Source: Pirellulales bacterium
Lineage (GTDB): Bacteria; Planctomycetota; Planctomycetia; Pirellulales; PALSA-1355
Length of the DNA: 64,000 nucleotides
Direction: 5' to 3'
Assembly: GCA_963733035.1 (NCBI GenBank)
Contig: CAVTBU010000005.1
Location: forward strand, 2,272,001-2,336,000
Shown: piece after piece, positions 11,104 through 21,400 of the stretch
How positions within the stretch are numbered: position 1 is the stretch's first letter
How the letters are laid out: each line of letters begins with the position of its first letter
Position numbers and translations under genes: made by a program
The notes under the pieces: model-generated
What the model was told of the DNA's origin: nothing
Seen by the model: the letters and a program-made list of their open reading frames with translations, nothing else
Databases searched by the model: none

Positions 11104-11937
11104 ATGGCCTATTCGGAAATTCTGTACGACGTGTCGGATCGCGTGGCCATGGTGACGCTCAATCGGCCCGATAAACTCAATGCCTGGACGGCGACGATGG
11201 AAGCCGAGGTCCAACAAGCGATGCTCGGTGCCGATAAGGACGAGAACGTGCGGGTGATCGTGCTCACCGGAGCCGGCCGTGGCTTTTGTGCCGGAGCCGA
11301 CATGGGAAGTCTCGACAGCATGGCCAAGACCGGCGATCCGGCCACGGCCGTCAATCGCCTGCGCGAAAAGTTTGTCGGGCCCAAGATCGAGGGTGCCCGC
11401 CCTGATTTTCAGAAGACGTACAGCTATTTTCCCGCGCTCGACAAACCGGTCATTGGCGCCGTCAACGGCGCGGCCGCCGGACTCGGCTTCGTGATCTCCT
11501 TGTACTGTGACTTGCGCTTTGCGTCGGACAAAGCGAAATTCAGCACGGCGTTTTCGCGCCGCGGTCTGATCGCCGAGTATGGCATGAGCTGGATGTTGCC
11601 GCGGCTGATCGGCGTCGCCAATGCACTCGATTTGCTCTACTCGGCACGGTTGATTGACGCGACCGAAGCCGAGCGCATGGGCTTGGTTAGCCGTGTGATT
11701 CCGCAGGAACAGTTTGGCGATGAGGTGCGTAAATACGCTGTCGAACTGGCCACCGCCTGCTCGCCTCGCTCGCTGCGCGTGATGAAGCGGCAAGTATACA
11801 ATGCCTTGTTTTCCAGCCTGGGCGAGGCGATCGACGCGGCCGGCGAGGAGATGATCGCCAGTCTGCAGTGCGAAGATTTCAAAGAAGGGGTGGCCCATTT
11901 CCTGGAAAAACGGCCCCCTCATTTCACCGGAAAGTAA
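11104..11937 (+). CDS. Enoyl-CoA hydratase/isomerase
   Basis: LNRPDKLNA, FCAGADM, EGVAHFLEKRPP. Confidence 0.92.
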   Translation: MAYSEILYDVSDRVAMVTLNRPDKLNAWTATMEAEVQQAMLGADKDENVRVIVLTGAGRGFCAGADMGSLDSMAKTGDPATAVNRLREKFVGPKIEGARPDFQKTYSYFPALDKPVIGAVNGAAAGLGFVISLYCDLRFASDKAKFSTAFSRRGLIAEYGMSWMLPRLIGVANALDLLYSARLIDATEAERMGLVSRVIPQEQFGDEVRKYAVELATACSPRSLRVMKRQVYNALFSSLGEAIDAAGEEMIASLQCEDFKEGVAHFLEKRPPHFTGK

Positions 11938-12896
11938 TGCACGTGGAACAAAATGCGTATGCGCCGGTCTTGCACATCGGAATTCCCAACCCGATGTTCG
12001 AAGGCGAGTTGAACCTGTACGTCATTGCTGGCGATCCGCTGACGCTCGTCGATACCGGTATCGGCACGCCCGAGGCGCTGGTGGCGCTCGAAGCGGGGTT
12101 GGCCTCGCATGGGCTGGCGTTGGAGGACGTGAAGCAGGTGTTGCTCACGCACAAGCACGCCGATCATATCGGCCTCGCCGCTGACGTGCGAGACCGCTCG
12201 GGCGCGACGGTCTACGTGCATGAAGACGACTGGCCAGGCGTGGCCGACCTGGATCGCCGCCACGAGGAATTCCTTCCCTTGGTCATCAAGCGGATGAATT
12301 TGGCCCGCGTGCCGCAGGAAGAGATCGACAAACTTGTCAAGTTTCTTAGCCACGGCAAGCGTTTCGCGCGTCAGACCGTGGCCGAAAAGTTGCGCGACGG
12401 CGATACGTTCGAGATCAGCGGCCAAACGCTCGAGGTGATTCACACGCCAGGACACACTCAAGGGTGCGTGTGTTTCCGCTATGGGCGGCACCTATTCACC
12501 GGTGATCATGTCTTGCCGACCATTTCGCCCAACATCGGCGCCGGCGAACTGCGCCGCACTGGCATGATGCAACGCTTCCTCGACGCGCTCGAGCGGATCG
12601 CCACGTATCAGTCCGACGATCTGGTGGCCCTGCCGGGGCATGGGCCGGCCTTCTCAAATCTGGCCGAGCGATGCGGAGAACTGCGGCAGCATCATCTCGA
12701 CCGTGAAGAGACGATTCTCAATGTCCTGCGAGAACGTGGCGAGCCGATGACGATCTACGAGATCTCCCAGACACTGTGGGCGAAGCTACCGGGTTACCAC
12801 CTGGCGCTCGGCACGTCGGAAGTGAATTCCCACCTGGAAAAGGCCGTTGCAGACGGTCGCGCGACGCATGATGATGGGCGATTTTCTCTCGTTTGA
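11937..12896 (+). CDS. MBL-fold metallo-hydrolase
   Basis: THKHADH, HTPGHT, FTGDH, PGHG; start overlaps upstream stop (TAATG). Confidence 0.9.
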   Translation: MHVEQNAYAPVLHIGIPNPMFEGELNLYVIAGDPLTLVDTGIGTPEALVALEAGLASHGLALEDVKQVLLTHKHADHIGLAADVRDRSGATVYVHEDDWPGVADLDRRHEEFLPLVIKRMNLARVPQEEIDKLVKFLSHGKRFARQTVAEKLRDGDTFEISGQTLEVIHTPGHTQGCVCFRYGRHLFTGDHVLPTISPNIGAGELRRTGMMQRFLDALERIATYQSDDLVALPGHGPAFSNLAERCGELRQHHLDREETILNVLRERGEPMTIYEISQTLWAKLPGYHLALGTSEVNSHLEKAVADGRATHDDGRFSLV

Positions 12897-12937
12897 CAAC
12901 GCTCCAGGCAAACTTTCGCGCGCGGGAAATCAAACTT

Positions 12938-14203
12938 ATGGCGTCTCGCAAACCATCGACGATCGACCGACGTGGCTTCCTGAAAGCTCTCGCGGCGGCG
13001 GGCATGGGTAGCTCCGCTCTCGCCAAGCATGCCTTCGCCGCGAAAATGATGCCCCCGGTGCGCGCGATTACGCGCGGCCCAAAGCATCACTGGTTCGGCT
13101 ACTACGATAAGCTCGAGTTTGACCCGCGCGACCAACTGGTTCTGGGGATGGAGGTCGAGTTCGAGCACCGTTCGCCCCGTGTGGACGATGCGATCAAAGT
13201 CGGAATGGTCGACACGAGCGACGGCGATCGCTGGATCGAGCTCGGCCAGAGCACTGCCTGGGGATGGCAACAGGGTTGCATGCTGCAGTGGATTCCCGGC
13301 TCAAAGTCGTCGATCCTGTGGAACGACCGCCAAGGCGATCGCTACGTGTGTCGCGTGTTGGATGTTGCCACGAGGGAGCAACACACGATTGACATGCCGA
13401 TCTACGCGCTTAGCCCGGATGGCCGCACGGGCATCTCGGCCGACTTCCGCCGCATCAACGACGTGCGCCCCGGCTATGGCTACGCCGGACTTGCCGACCC
13501 GTACGCCGACGAACTGGCACCTGGCGGCTCGGGCATTTGGCGCATCGATTTGACCAGCGGAAAGTCCGAATTGATCGTCTCGATCGCCGATGTCGCGGCG
13601 TTTGGCAAGTTACCCGGCAGCGACGCGCGCGACGCGAAGCACTACTTCAACCATTTGCTGTTCAGCCCCAATGGCTCGCGGTTTATCTTTTTGCATCGCT
13701 GGCGATATCCCGATGGCAGCCGAAAAACACGAATGCTCACGGCTGCATCCGACGGCAGCGAGTTGCGAATTATCGACGACAACGGCCTGACGTCGCACTT
13801 CATCTGGCGCGATCCGACGCATATCCTGGCGTATTCCGAGCAACCGTCACACGGCCGCCGCTTCTATCTGTTCGAAGATGCCCAAGGCGGATCGATCGAA
13901 GTCGTCGGTGGCGACCAGCTCACGGTCGATGGTCACTGCACGTACCTGCCCGGCAGCAAATGGATTCTCAACGACACCTATCCCGACGGCGAACGGAAGC
14001 AACACCCGCATTTGTTCGAGATTTCCAGCGGTCGCGTCGTTCCGCTGGGAGCGTTTGTCTCGCCTGCTGAATACACCGGCGAATGGCGGTGCGATACGCA
14101 TCCCCGATCGAGCCGCAGCGGTAAGCTGGTGTGCATCGACTCCCCGCACGCCGACCAGGGGCGCCAACTGCATCTGATCGACATTAGCGAAATCGTGGGC
14201 TAG
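12938..14203 (+). CDS. Tat-exported putative beta-propeller protein
   Basis: Twin-arginine signal DRRGFLK; HWFGYYD, WQQGCMLQW, RCDTHPR motifs. Confidence 0.7.
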   Translation: MASRKPSTIDRRGFLKALAAAGMGSSALAKHAFAAKMMPPVRAITRGPKHHWFGYYDKLEFDPRDQLVLGMEVEFEHRSPRVDDAIKVGMVDTSDGDRWIELGQSTAWGWQQGCMLQWIPGSKSSILWNDRQGDRYVCRVLDVATREQHTIDMPIYALSPDGRTGISADFRRINDVRPGYGYAGLADPYADELAPGGSGIWRIDLTSGKSELIVSIADVAAFGKLPGSDARDAKHYFNHLLFSPNGSRFIFLHRWRYPDGSRKTRMLTAASDGSELRIIDDNGLTSHFIWRDPTHILAYSEQPSHGRRFYLFEDAQGGSIEVVGGDQLTVDGHCTYLPGSKWILNDTYPDGERKQHPHLFEISSGRVVPLGAFVSPAEYTGEWRCDTHPRSSRSGKLVCIDSPHADQGRQLHLIDISEIVG

Positions 14204-15453
14204 CGCCACGCCGCGGGGAGCGACGTCCAGTGGTTGGCGAGCGCAGCCAGGGCCTGGTCGATGGGCAGAGCCCGCCAGCGGTCGCCGTTTTGACGGGCAA
14301 TTTGCAGCCGCTCGAGTTTGTCGATCGCGTCGTCGATTTCGAAGTCGACCGCCTGTTCGGCCTCCGTCAACAGCCAGGCTTCCACTAGTTTATCGAGTTC
14401 CGCCGCCGTGAGGCCTTCGGGCGTTGCGTCCTGCCAGAGGAAGAAATAGGCCAGCATCACCTCGCGGCTTTCCTGCTCGGCAGCTTCGTCGAGCAAGCGA
14501 TGGATGACGCCGGCGTTGTTGTCGATGTTCTGATAGTACAGGCTCTGAGTCAGGTTGAGTTGATACTTCTGCTTGGTATTCAAATAGCCGTAGAGCGATC
14601 GAACACCGTAGCCGACTGTGCCACCAATGAGGCCCAGAAATGCCAGAGTCGAGCCCAACGCCACGGTTGCCACCCACACGATCTTATAAAGCGCAATGGC
14701 AATGCCCGACAATGTCGGCAGCATGACTCGCGCGCGATCGAAGAGCGACATCTTGACCTCTGAGCCCGGTAGCAGCATGTCGAGGTCGAGTTTGGGGATG
14801 TCCTTGAACAGTTTCAGATAGACGTCGCGCGTATCGAGCAGCTTGGAATATTTCTGACCAGGCCGCAAGCGGAAGATGATCACTAACCGCTGATAGATCG
14901 GAACCTCGACCGCTTCACTCCGAAATCGATTGCGCAAACGGCGGCGGAAGCGCGTGCCGATGCGGTCGCCGCGATAGTACAGCTCCAGCCGATCAAACAG
15001 CGAAAAGTCGACGGTCAACAACAGACCCCAGTGGCTGCGAGTGTTAAGCGCCAGGTTGATTTCGTCTTCGGCCAACCGATGGAAGTTGGCCCGCTCGAGC
15101 AACCGGGTGAAACGATCGAAGAGCACACCGCGCAATTCGTCGCGGCGGGCTTCCGTGAGTGCCTCGCCTTCGCGAGTATCCGCATCGGGATCGAACGGCG
15201 CGTACGCGGCCTTGAGGTCTTCGAGCGTGGCCTGCAATTGGCAATGGATGAGCAGCTGCAGCAGCCCGCAGAAACGGTTGAAAGCTTCGGAATCTTCGGA
15301 CGACAGGCCTGGCGTGCGAACAAGCGTGGCCCCCAAATCGACTTTCCGCAGCGGAATGAACGCCTCGGCCCGGCCTCCAGGCGAGGTCGCACCGTCCGAA
15401 TTGCGGTGCGAGCGATCGTTCGCGTCGGAAGACGGATTGTTCAGTGTCGCCAT
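14200..15453 (-). CDS. TMEM143/DUF3754-family membrane protein
   Basis: LKLFKDIPKLDLDMLLP, LYYQNIDNNAGV, EQESRE, DFEIDDAIDKL. Confidence 0.78.
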   Translation of the reverse strand: MATLNNPSSDANDRSHRNSDGATSPGGRAEAFIPLRKVDLGATLVRTPGLSSEDSEAFNRFCGLLQLLIHCQLQATLEDLKAAYAPFDPDADTREGEALTEARRDELRGVLFDRFTRLLERANFHRLAEDEINLALNTRSHWGLLLTVDFSLFDRLELYYRGDRIGTRFRRRLRNRFRSEAVEVPIYQRLVIIFRLRPGQKYSKLLDTRDVYLKLFKDIPKLDLDMLLPGSEVKMSLFDRARVMLPTLSGIAIALYKIVWVATVALGSTLAFLGLIGGTVGYGVRSLYGYLNTKQKYQLNLTQSLYYQNIDNNAGVIHRLLDEAAEQESREVMLAYFFLWQDATPEGLTAAELDKLVEAWLLTEAEQAVDFEIDDAIDKLERLQIARQNGDRWRALPIDQALAALANHWTSLPAAWR

Positions 15454-15664
15454 TTTGGGGCTTTCGACAGCGAAGTGCGCGGTAATCTGCCGATTGGCTC
15501 AGCAGAGCGGGGCTTGTGCCCCTGCCAATTGTAGCCGAGCGCCACCGCGGCCTGAACTGCTCGCCTGGCGCCCCGCCCGCTCGATTCGACTATGATGAAG
15601 CCGGCCACGTTTTTCACCCGTGCAACCACCGAGTTCCCTCTGGCACACAGCAGCGAGCGGTACC

Positions 15665-16404
15665 ATGTGCGATCCATCTCGAAAGTCCAATTGCCCAATT
15701 CAGTTTCGCTCGCTGGTGAGTGCGCTCGTCATGCTCGCCAGTGCGGCAATGGCCGGCGCTCAGGATTCGTCGACCGACGAGGAACTTCCCCCGGCAAAGC
15801 CGAAATACATGGGCGCGAGATCGCCCAGACAATGCACTACCTGGGGGCCCCCTGGTTGATGCGCGAGTCGCGACAGCGCGAGGAGGATTGCGAAACGCTG
15901 CTCAAAGCCCTGAACGTGAAACCGGGGCAAGTGGCCTGCGATATCGGTTGTGGCAACGGCTTCTACACGCTCCAACTCGCGAAGCTGGTTGGCGAAAACG
16001 GCAAGGTGTTGGCCGTCGATATTCAGCCCGAAATGTTGCATATGCTGAGCGAGCGCGCCCGCGACGAGGGCATCACGAATATCGAGCCGATTCACGGCAC
16101 GCAAATCGACCCCCGGCTGGAGCCGGAAAGCGTCGATCTGATTTTGTTGGTCGATGTGTACCACGAATTCTCCCATCCCAAGCAAATGCTGGCCGCGATG
16201 CGAAAGGCACTTAAGCCCGGGGGCCGCATTGCTCTGGCGGAATTTCGGATGGAAGATCGTAGCGTGCCGATCAAGAGGCTGCACAAGATGAGCAAGAAAC
16301 AGATCCTACGCGAATACAACGCCAACGATCTGAAGTTGGTGGAACAGTTCGACGAACTCCCTTGGCAGCATTTGATGTTCTTCGAGCGAGGAGGCCAGCC
16401 GTAA
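15665..16404 (+). CDS. Class I SAM-dependent methyltransferase with signal peptide (frameshift near 15813)
   Basis: DIGCGNG, AVDIQPEM, VDVYHEFSHP, LPWQH; signal peptide and KYMG lie in the upstream frame. Confidence 0.85.
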
Positions 16405-16731
16405 ACTGAATACTGTCAGCAGTTTACTAGCGTCACGGGGTCCGACGGCCGCGTCGCCACGTTGGCGCCGTCCGGAATAAACCGGACGTTTTCTGTAGAA
16501 AACTTGCGAGACCGTGCAATCAGTGGCGCTGAAGTTGCGTCTATTCGGGCCCCCAACTAGAATAAATCGCGTGCATTGGAGCCGGTTTTGCCGCTAATCC
16601 TTAACGGGTCAAGAGTTGCTAATGAAGAGGATTGTGATGTTTCAGTTGGTCGCACGGGCGGCTTTCTGAACATCTAATGATCGGGCTGACGCTTGGGCAA
16701 GGCGACAGTCCATTAAGGTGTCGTGACAAAT

Positions 16732-17762
16732 ATGTCTACTCACTCGTCGATAGTCCCCAGTATCGACCCGGCTAACCGTTCCCTCCTAGCGCCGTCAGAC
16801 TGGGTACTTGGGCAGAATCTGGCAATCCGCCAAATTGTGCGCCATGCCCAGCGCGCGGCACAAGCCGATTGCACCGTGCTTGTCTCTGGCGAAACCGGAA
16901 CCGGAAAAGAACTCTGGGGCCGGCTGATTCACGATGTTGGACCGCGCAAGTAAGCCCTTCATTCCTGTCAATTGCGCCGCCCTGACGGTCACGCTCGCCG
17001 AGAGTCAACTTTTCGGTCACGAACGAGGTGCATTTACGGGCGCAGCGGGCCGATCGCTAGGCGTGTTCCGATCGGCCGAAGGCGGGACGGTGTTTCTCGA
17101 TGAAGTCGGCGAAATGCCGCTGGAATTGCAGCCCAAGCTACTGCGCGTACTTCAGCAGCGCGAAGTGACGCCCGTTGGCGCCTGCGCACCCCGTCGAAAT
17201 CAACGTCCAAATCATCGCGGCCACGAATCGCGACTTGGACGAAGAAGTTGCGGAAGGCCGGTTTCGCGAAGATCTTTTCTACCGCCTGAACATGGTCGAA
17301 CTACGAGTTCCAGCCCTGCGCGATCGCGTGGAGGATATTCCCGAATTCGTCGATTTCTTTTCGCGACAGTGTGCCGAGCGATATGGCCGGCCGCTCTGGA
17401 AGCCCGACCCCGAGACACTCAAACGCTTCTGCGAGTTCCCCTGGCCGGGCAATGTGCGGCAATTGTCGCACGTTATTGAGCAATCTTACGTACTCGACTG
17501 TACCCCAATTCTGCCCCATGCCGAGCCGGCCGCTGCCAGCGACGCGACGCTGCCGTTCATGGATCTCAACCGGCTCCGCAATGCTGCTATCTACCAGGCC
17601 CTGGAGACCACCCGGGGCCACAAAGGTCGAGCCGCCAAATTGCTGGGAATTCACGCCAACACGCTTACCCGCATGCTGGCCCAGTTGGAGACCGAGAAGC
17701 CGGGCACCTTGAAGTCGTGGCGGCGGAGCACGAATCCACGACGTCCATCCAAGCCCCGCTAA
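16732..17762 (+). CDS. Sigma-54 enhancer-binding protein lacking an N-terminal sensory domain (two frameshifts, near 16948 and 17185)
   Basis: [55 protein letters not shown], Fis-type HTH. Confidence 0.88.
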
Positions 17763-18079
17763 GCAAGTCCTCCGCAGGCGAACGGCGGACATACCCGGCT
17801 TGGACCCGCGCCCCATTGGCGAAGCGGACCACCGCGTGGCAGGCATCGCCATCGCTCCCTCCAAATTTCCCCGTCCAGGATTGGGACGATTGTCTGGAAT
17901 CTGGCGCCGTTCTCTTGCCCAGTGCGTTGACGCCCAGAGCGCAATGACTGCTGCTAGCGGGACCGTGCCAGGGCGCTACTGGTCCTGAACGACGCTTCCC
18001 AGGAGCTGTTTGGGCCCACGAAAGCGAGTCCTTCGCGCAAAGTTCAGGCGGATTTGGATTGCGAAACCAGGCCGCATGC

Positions 18080-18102
18080 ACCTTCACCATTTAGGTGAAG
18101 GT
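18080..18102. promoter_or_regulatory. Palindromic upstream activator site candidate
   Basis: Perfect 9-bp inverted repeat ACCTTCACC-ATTTA-GGTGAAGGT about 200 bp upstream of a sigma-54 motif. Confidence 0.5.
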
Positions 18103-18300
18103 TCCTCAAGTTGGTGACGAACCATGGAAGTCGTCCTGCTTGGGCAAGTTGCGGCCACAACCGGCCGCGACTTTCACACAAACGGTGAAATCCGCGCTGT
18201 TGTGTAAGCGTGCGCGTAACTACCGTGGCGACAAAATTTTTGCGTTGATTTCACGCGGAAAACGCTAGCTCTCGGCAGTTTTTCGTTGGTCGCCTCGTAG

Positions 18301-18316
18301 TGGTACGCCGCTTGCC
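18301..18316 (+). promoter_or_regulatory. Sigma-54 (-24/-12) promoter
   Basis: TGGTACGCCGCTTGCC fits TGGYACG-N4-TTGC with exact GG-N10-GC spacing. Confidence 0.68.
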
Positions 18317-18641
18317 TTTCAACGGCCAAGGACTGAATCCCGGCGCATCGCGTGTACGGCTCGACCTCGGGGCCATTAGTCAGCGCGGTGGTGTTGCGGG
18401 ATATGTGCTCAAACGACATCACACGAATCGCAACACGAGAAGCAAGGGCAACCACACGGCGCTTTGGTGAAAACGGGCCGCACGGTGTCAAGTCGGAGGA
18501 CCCGGTCGGCGAGCAAGTCTGCGATCCGCTTGGCGGACTGTCGAGGGAATGGCAATCGAAACGGTCGGAGGGATTCGGCGCACCAAGGTTAGCAACTCCT
18601 GAACGATGATCTTCTCTCATTTCGATTGCAGAACACAACCC

Positions 18642-19145
18642 ATGGCGCATCGCGACTTGAACACGTTGAGTGTGCGGGAACAAGTACAGCACAAGTACGC
18701 TCGCCGCGCAGCGAAGCTCGTCAACGTTTTCCAGTGCTTGATCGTGTCGGCCGACCCGCAACGCCGACGGATGCTGGAACGAGCTGCGGCTGACAGCGGG
18801 TGGAAAACTTTTGTGTGCCCGGACGCTTCGGCGGCACTGGTGCACGTGAACCGCTGGCTCGTTCAGTTGGCGGTCGTGGATTTACAGGAGCAATCGCCGG
18901 AAGCCTTTCGACCGCTGGTCGAGCAGCTTACGGCACGCAAGGGATTGCTGTCGATCGTATGCGGCAACGACGCAAACGTCGACGAAGAGATTTGGGTGCG
19001 GCAGCGTGGTGCCTGGATGTACCTGCCCGGCGTCGCCGACACCAGCAACGTCAGCCTGCTTTGCGGCGAGGCCAGACAAATCGCCGAGCGGTTGGACAAA
19101 AAGTCGGGCGAATCCGACCGTGAACCGGCCGTGCCGGTTGTCTGA
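18642..19145 (+). CDS. Atypical stand-alone receiver-like protein (alternative start 18606)
   Basis: CLIVSAD...LAVVDL...GAWMYLPG follows REC topology; lacks the acidic pair and the conserved Lys. Confidence 0.6.
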   Translation: MAHRDLNTLSVREQVQHKYARRAAKLVNVFQCLIVSADPQRRRMLERAAADSGWKTFVCPDASAALVHVNRWLVQLAVVDLQEQSPEAFRPLVEQLTARKGLLSIVCGNDANVDEEIWVRQRGAWMYLPGVADTSNVSLLCGEARQIAERLDKKSGESDREPAVPVV

Positions 19146-19227
19146 GTGAGTACCACCCCATTCGAGTTTGCAACGTTTCAGAGGCCCTAGTGAAACGGGG
19201 CACCGACCCCCAAGCGAGGAACGACAA

Positions 19228-19407
19228 ATGAACATGATCAACAGCAACTACGAAGAACAGGAATTCGAATACCGCGCAGATTTCGGCCGCCGGTCAACGA
19301 AGTCCAAAACTACCAAGGCTCGCAAGCTCCAGTACTCCCGCACCGGACGCGCGCCCACCAGCCACAACGGCATCCACCGTCGCCGCAACAAACGCTTCAG
19401 CTGGTAA
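19228..19407 (+). CDS. Small basic hypothetical protein (59 aa)
   Basis: GAGGA RBS; acidic N-terminus and Arg/Lys-rich C-terminus; terminator-like structure downstream. Confidence 0.6.
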   Translation: MNMINSNYEEQEFEYRADFGRRSTKSKTTKARKLQYSRTGRAPTSHNGIHRRRNKRFSW

Positions 19408-19443
19408 GCACCCGCGGTAACGATAACTCGCGATACTTTGCAC

Positions 19444-19527
19444 CCAACCGCACTGCGCCGCGCCTCGACACCTAGGATGAGGCCACCCGAACTCACGGGG
19501 CGTGAAACACTGCGGTTGGTTTTTTTT
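19444..19527 (+). terminator. Branched stem followed by a T8 tract
   Basis: CCAACCGCA/TGCGGTTGG closing stem directly followed by a T run. Confidence 0.45.
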
Positions 19528-19600
19528 GCGCTCGCCGAATCCGTGCCGCCGCCAGGACGCCGGGGCCCGTTCGACGGGGCGGCTTGAAAGGCATGGTGCG

Positions 19601-21187
19601 CTATTGGCCACTCGCGGTTGTGCGCACGGTGGCTTCGATCACCAGGTCTGCTCCGCCGGCCGCGCAGGCCTCGTCCGCTTCGACGAACACCCGCACGTGA
19701 CATGCACCGCTGGCGTCAGCCGGCACCCGTAGCTCCGTGGCAAATTCGCCCGGCGAAAACTCGCAGGTGACCGAATCAAGCCGTGGCTCGTTGGCCCGTG
19801 CATACACGTCGGCATAGTCGGCCAAAGAATTGGCGTCGAATTGGCCCCGGTGGGGCGGTCGAAATGTGAGCCGATCGCGCCGCACCGCCAGTTCGACCAC
19901 GCCCTTGCCGGCCAGCGGCGAGTGGCCTCGCACCACGAGTTTCGAACCTGCTGTGGCCCGCGCGGCCACCTCGACGTCCACCAAGCGCGGATACGGCACG
20001 CGCAACAGTGGGTCTCCTAGCAGGTTGAATAGGTCGAGATGCTCGGCTCGTTCGGCCTCCAGGGCATCGGCCGCGGGACTCATCAACCGAGCGATGGCAT
20101 CCATCGCCAGCCGGTGCTTGCTGAGGTTTTCGGTCTGCATCATTCGCCGCTTGGCTCCCAGCATCGCGTCGCCCAGCGTGGGAGCGTGTTCGGAAAACAC
20201 CTGTTTCAGCAGTTCGCTTCCCATCACCGTCATGGCATACGGCATGGTCACCCTTGAACCGCATAGAATGGCAACCGGTCCACCGTCGGCCAACAGCATT
20301 TCCTCGGCCAGGCAATCGCGGGGCAGATCGAATGCCCCGGAATAGCAGGCCAGAAAGCAGGCGATCGGAGCGCCGTGCCGGCAAGCGAGTTTGTTCACGT
20401 CGTCGGTCGAAAGAATCGGAAACCTCGCCCCCGGCACGCGCACTTCGTCAACCGACCGTTGCTGTCCGTGCCCCAGATAGACCCAAAACAGGCTCCCCTC
20501 GTTGAGCCGCGAGAGCGTTACGTCGCGAAAATCTCGCGGGTCGGGGCAATAGGGACTTTGCCAACTTCCGTAGGTCATCGTCGTGCAAAAGGCGCTGGGA
20601 ATGCCTTCGCTGATCAGCGACTTGGCCGCAGCCTCAAGCACGGTGTCGGCCACCGCCCCAAAGCCTCCCAGACCGGCCACGAAATGGACTTGGCGACGCC
20701 AGTGACCAAAGTCGGCTGATTTCTCGTAGGCCAGAGTTTTCGCCACAATCCGGCTCAACTGGTCGGCCGAGTCGCAAGCGATGCGCCCCACGGCCAACTC
20801 GGGAATTCGGTCGTCGTCCAAATCGGCATACCAATTGTCGGTCGCAATCTCAGGCGACGAACCAAACCGCACGTTTACCACAGCGCGGCTGTAGTGGGCC
20901 GGAATCGAGCGGCGGCGCACGGCCTCGTCGCGGTACAAGCGAGGATCGGCATCGCCGACCAGGACCAGGTATTTCAGCGATCCCCCTTGAGCAAGTCGGC
21001 GTATTTCCGACCGCAGGCCGTCCGGCGAATGCAGATTCGACAACATGACCAGACCGTGCCCCTGCTGGCGGCGAAACTCGACCCAGGGGGCCAGGGCCTG
21101 GCGGTACTCCTCGGGGCAGACAACCGCCGTGTCGATTTCCACGCCCAGCGGGGCGCATAAAAGCAAAGCCAGCAAGGCACCGATCAT
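19601..21187 (-). CDS. C25 (gingipain-like) cysteine peptidase
   Basis: LVLVGD, TDNWYADLD, AVGRI, YLGHG (His), FLACYSG (Cys), NLLGDP. Confidence 0.85.
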   Translation of the reverse strand: MIGALLALLLCAPLGVEIDTAVVCPEEYRQALAPWVEFRRQQGHGLVMLSNLHSPDGLRSEIRRLAQGGSLKYLVLVGDADPRLYRDEAVRRRSIPAHYSRAVVNVRFGSSPEIATDNWYADLDDDRIPELAVGRIACDSADQLSRIVAKTLAYEKSADFGHWRRQVHFVAGLGGFGAVADTVLEAAAKSLISEGIPSAFCTTMTYGSWQSPYCPDPRDFRDVTLSRLNEGSLFWVYLGHGQQRSVDEVRVPGARFPILSTDDVNKLACRHGAPIACFLACYSGAFDLPRDCLAEEMLLADGGPVAILCGSRVTMPYAMTVMGSELLKQVFSEHAPTLGDAMLGAKRRMMQTENLSKHRLAMDAIARLMSPAADALEAERAEHLDLFNLLGDPLLRVPYPRLVDVEVAARATAGSKLVVRGHSPLAGKGVVELAVRRDRLTFRPPHRGQFDANSLADYADVYARANEPRLDSVTCEFSPGEFATELRVPADASGACHVRVFVEADEACAAGGADLVIEATVRTTASGQ

Positions 21188-21400
21188 CGGTTGGGCGCTC
21201 CTCAGAATGTGGCCAAGACGCACAGCAAGTGTAACCGGAACGCCGCGGTCGACGGAGACCGAATTCTCGCCCCGTCCGTCGGCAGCCGGGACGGGCTTGC
21301 TTGGCCGCGCGATGGGGCTTCAAGTATCATAGAAGCTCAGCCTGCCTCGGGCCGTTTTGCCGTGATCGCGGCAATTCGCAATTTGTGCTGCGAGAAGAAT

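Noticed and set aside
16604..16620. Second sigma-54 promoter upstream of the activator (CGGGTCAAGAGTTGCT)
   Set aside because: GG-N10-GC spacing fits, but the -24 element is a poor match.
18352..18609. Small ORF between the sigma-54 promoter and the receiver-like gene
   Set aside because: No clear RBS or recognisable motif; cannot be distinguished from a 5' UTR.
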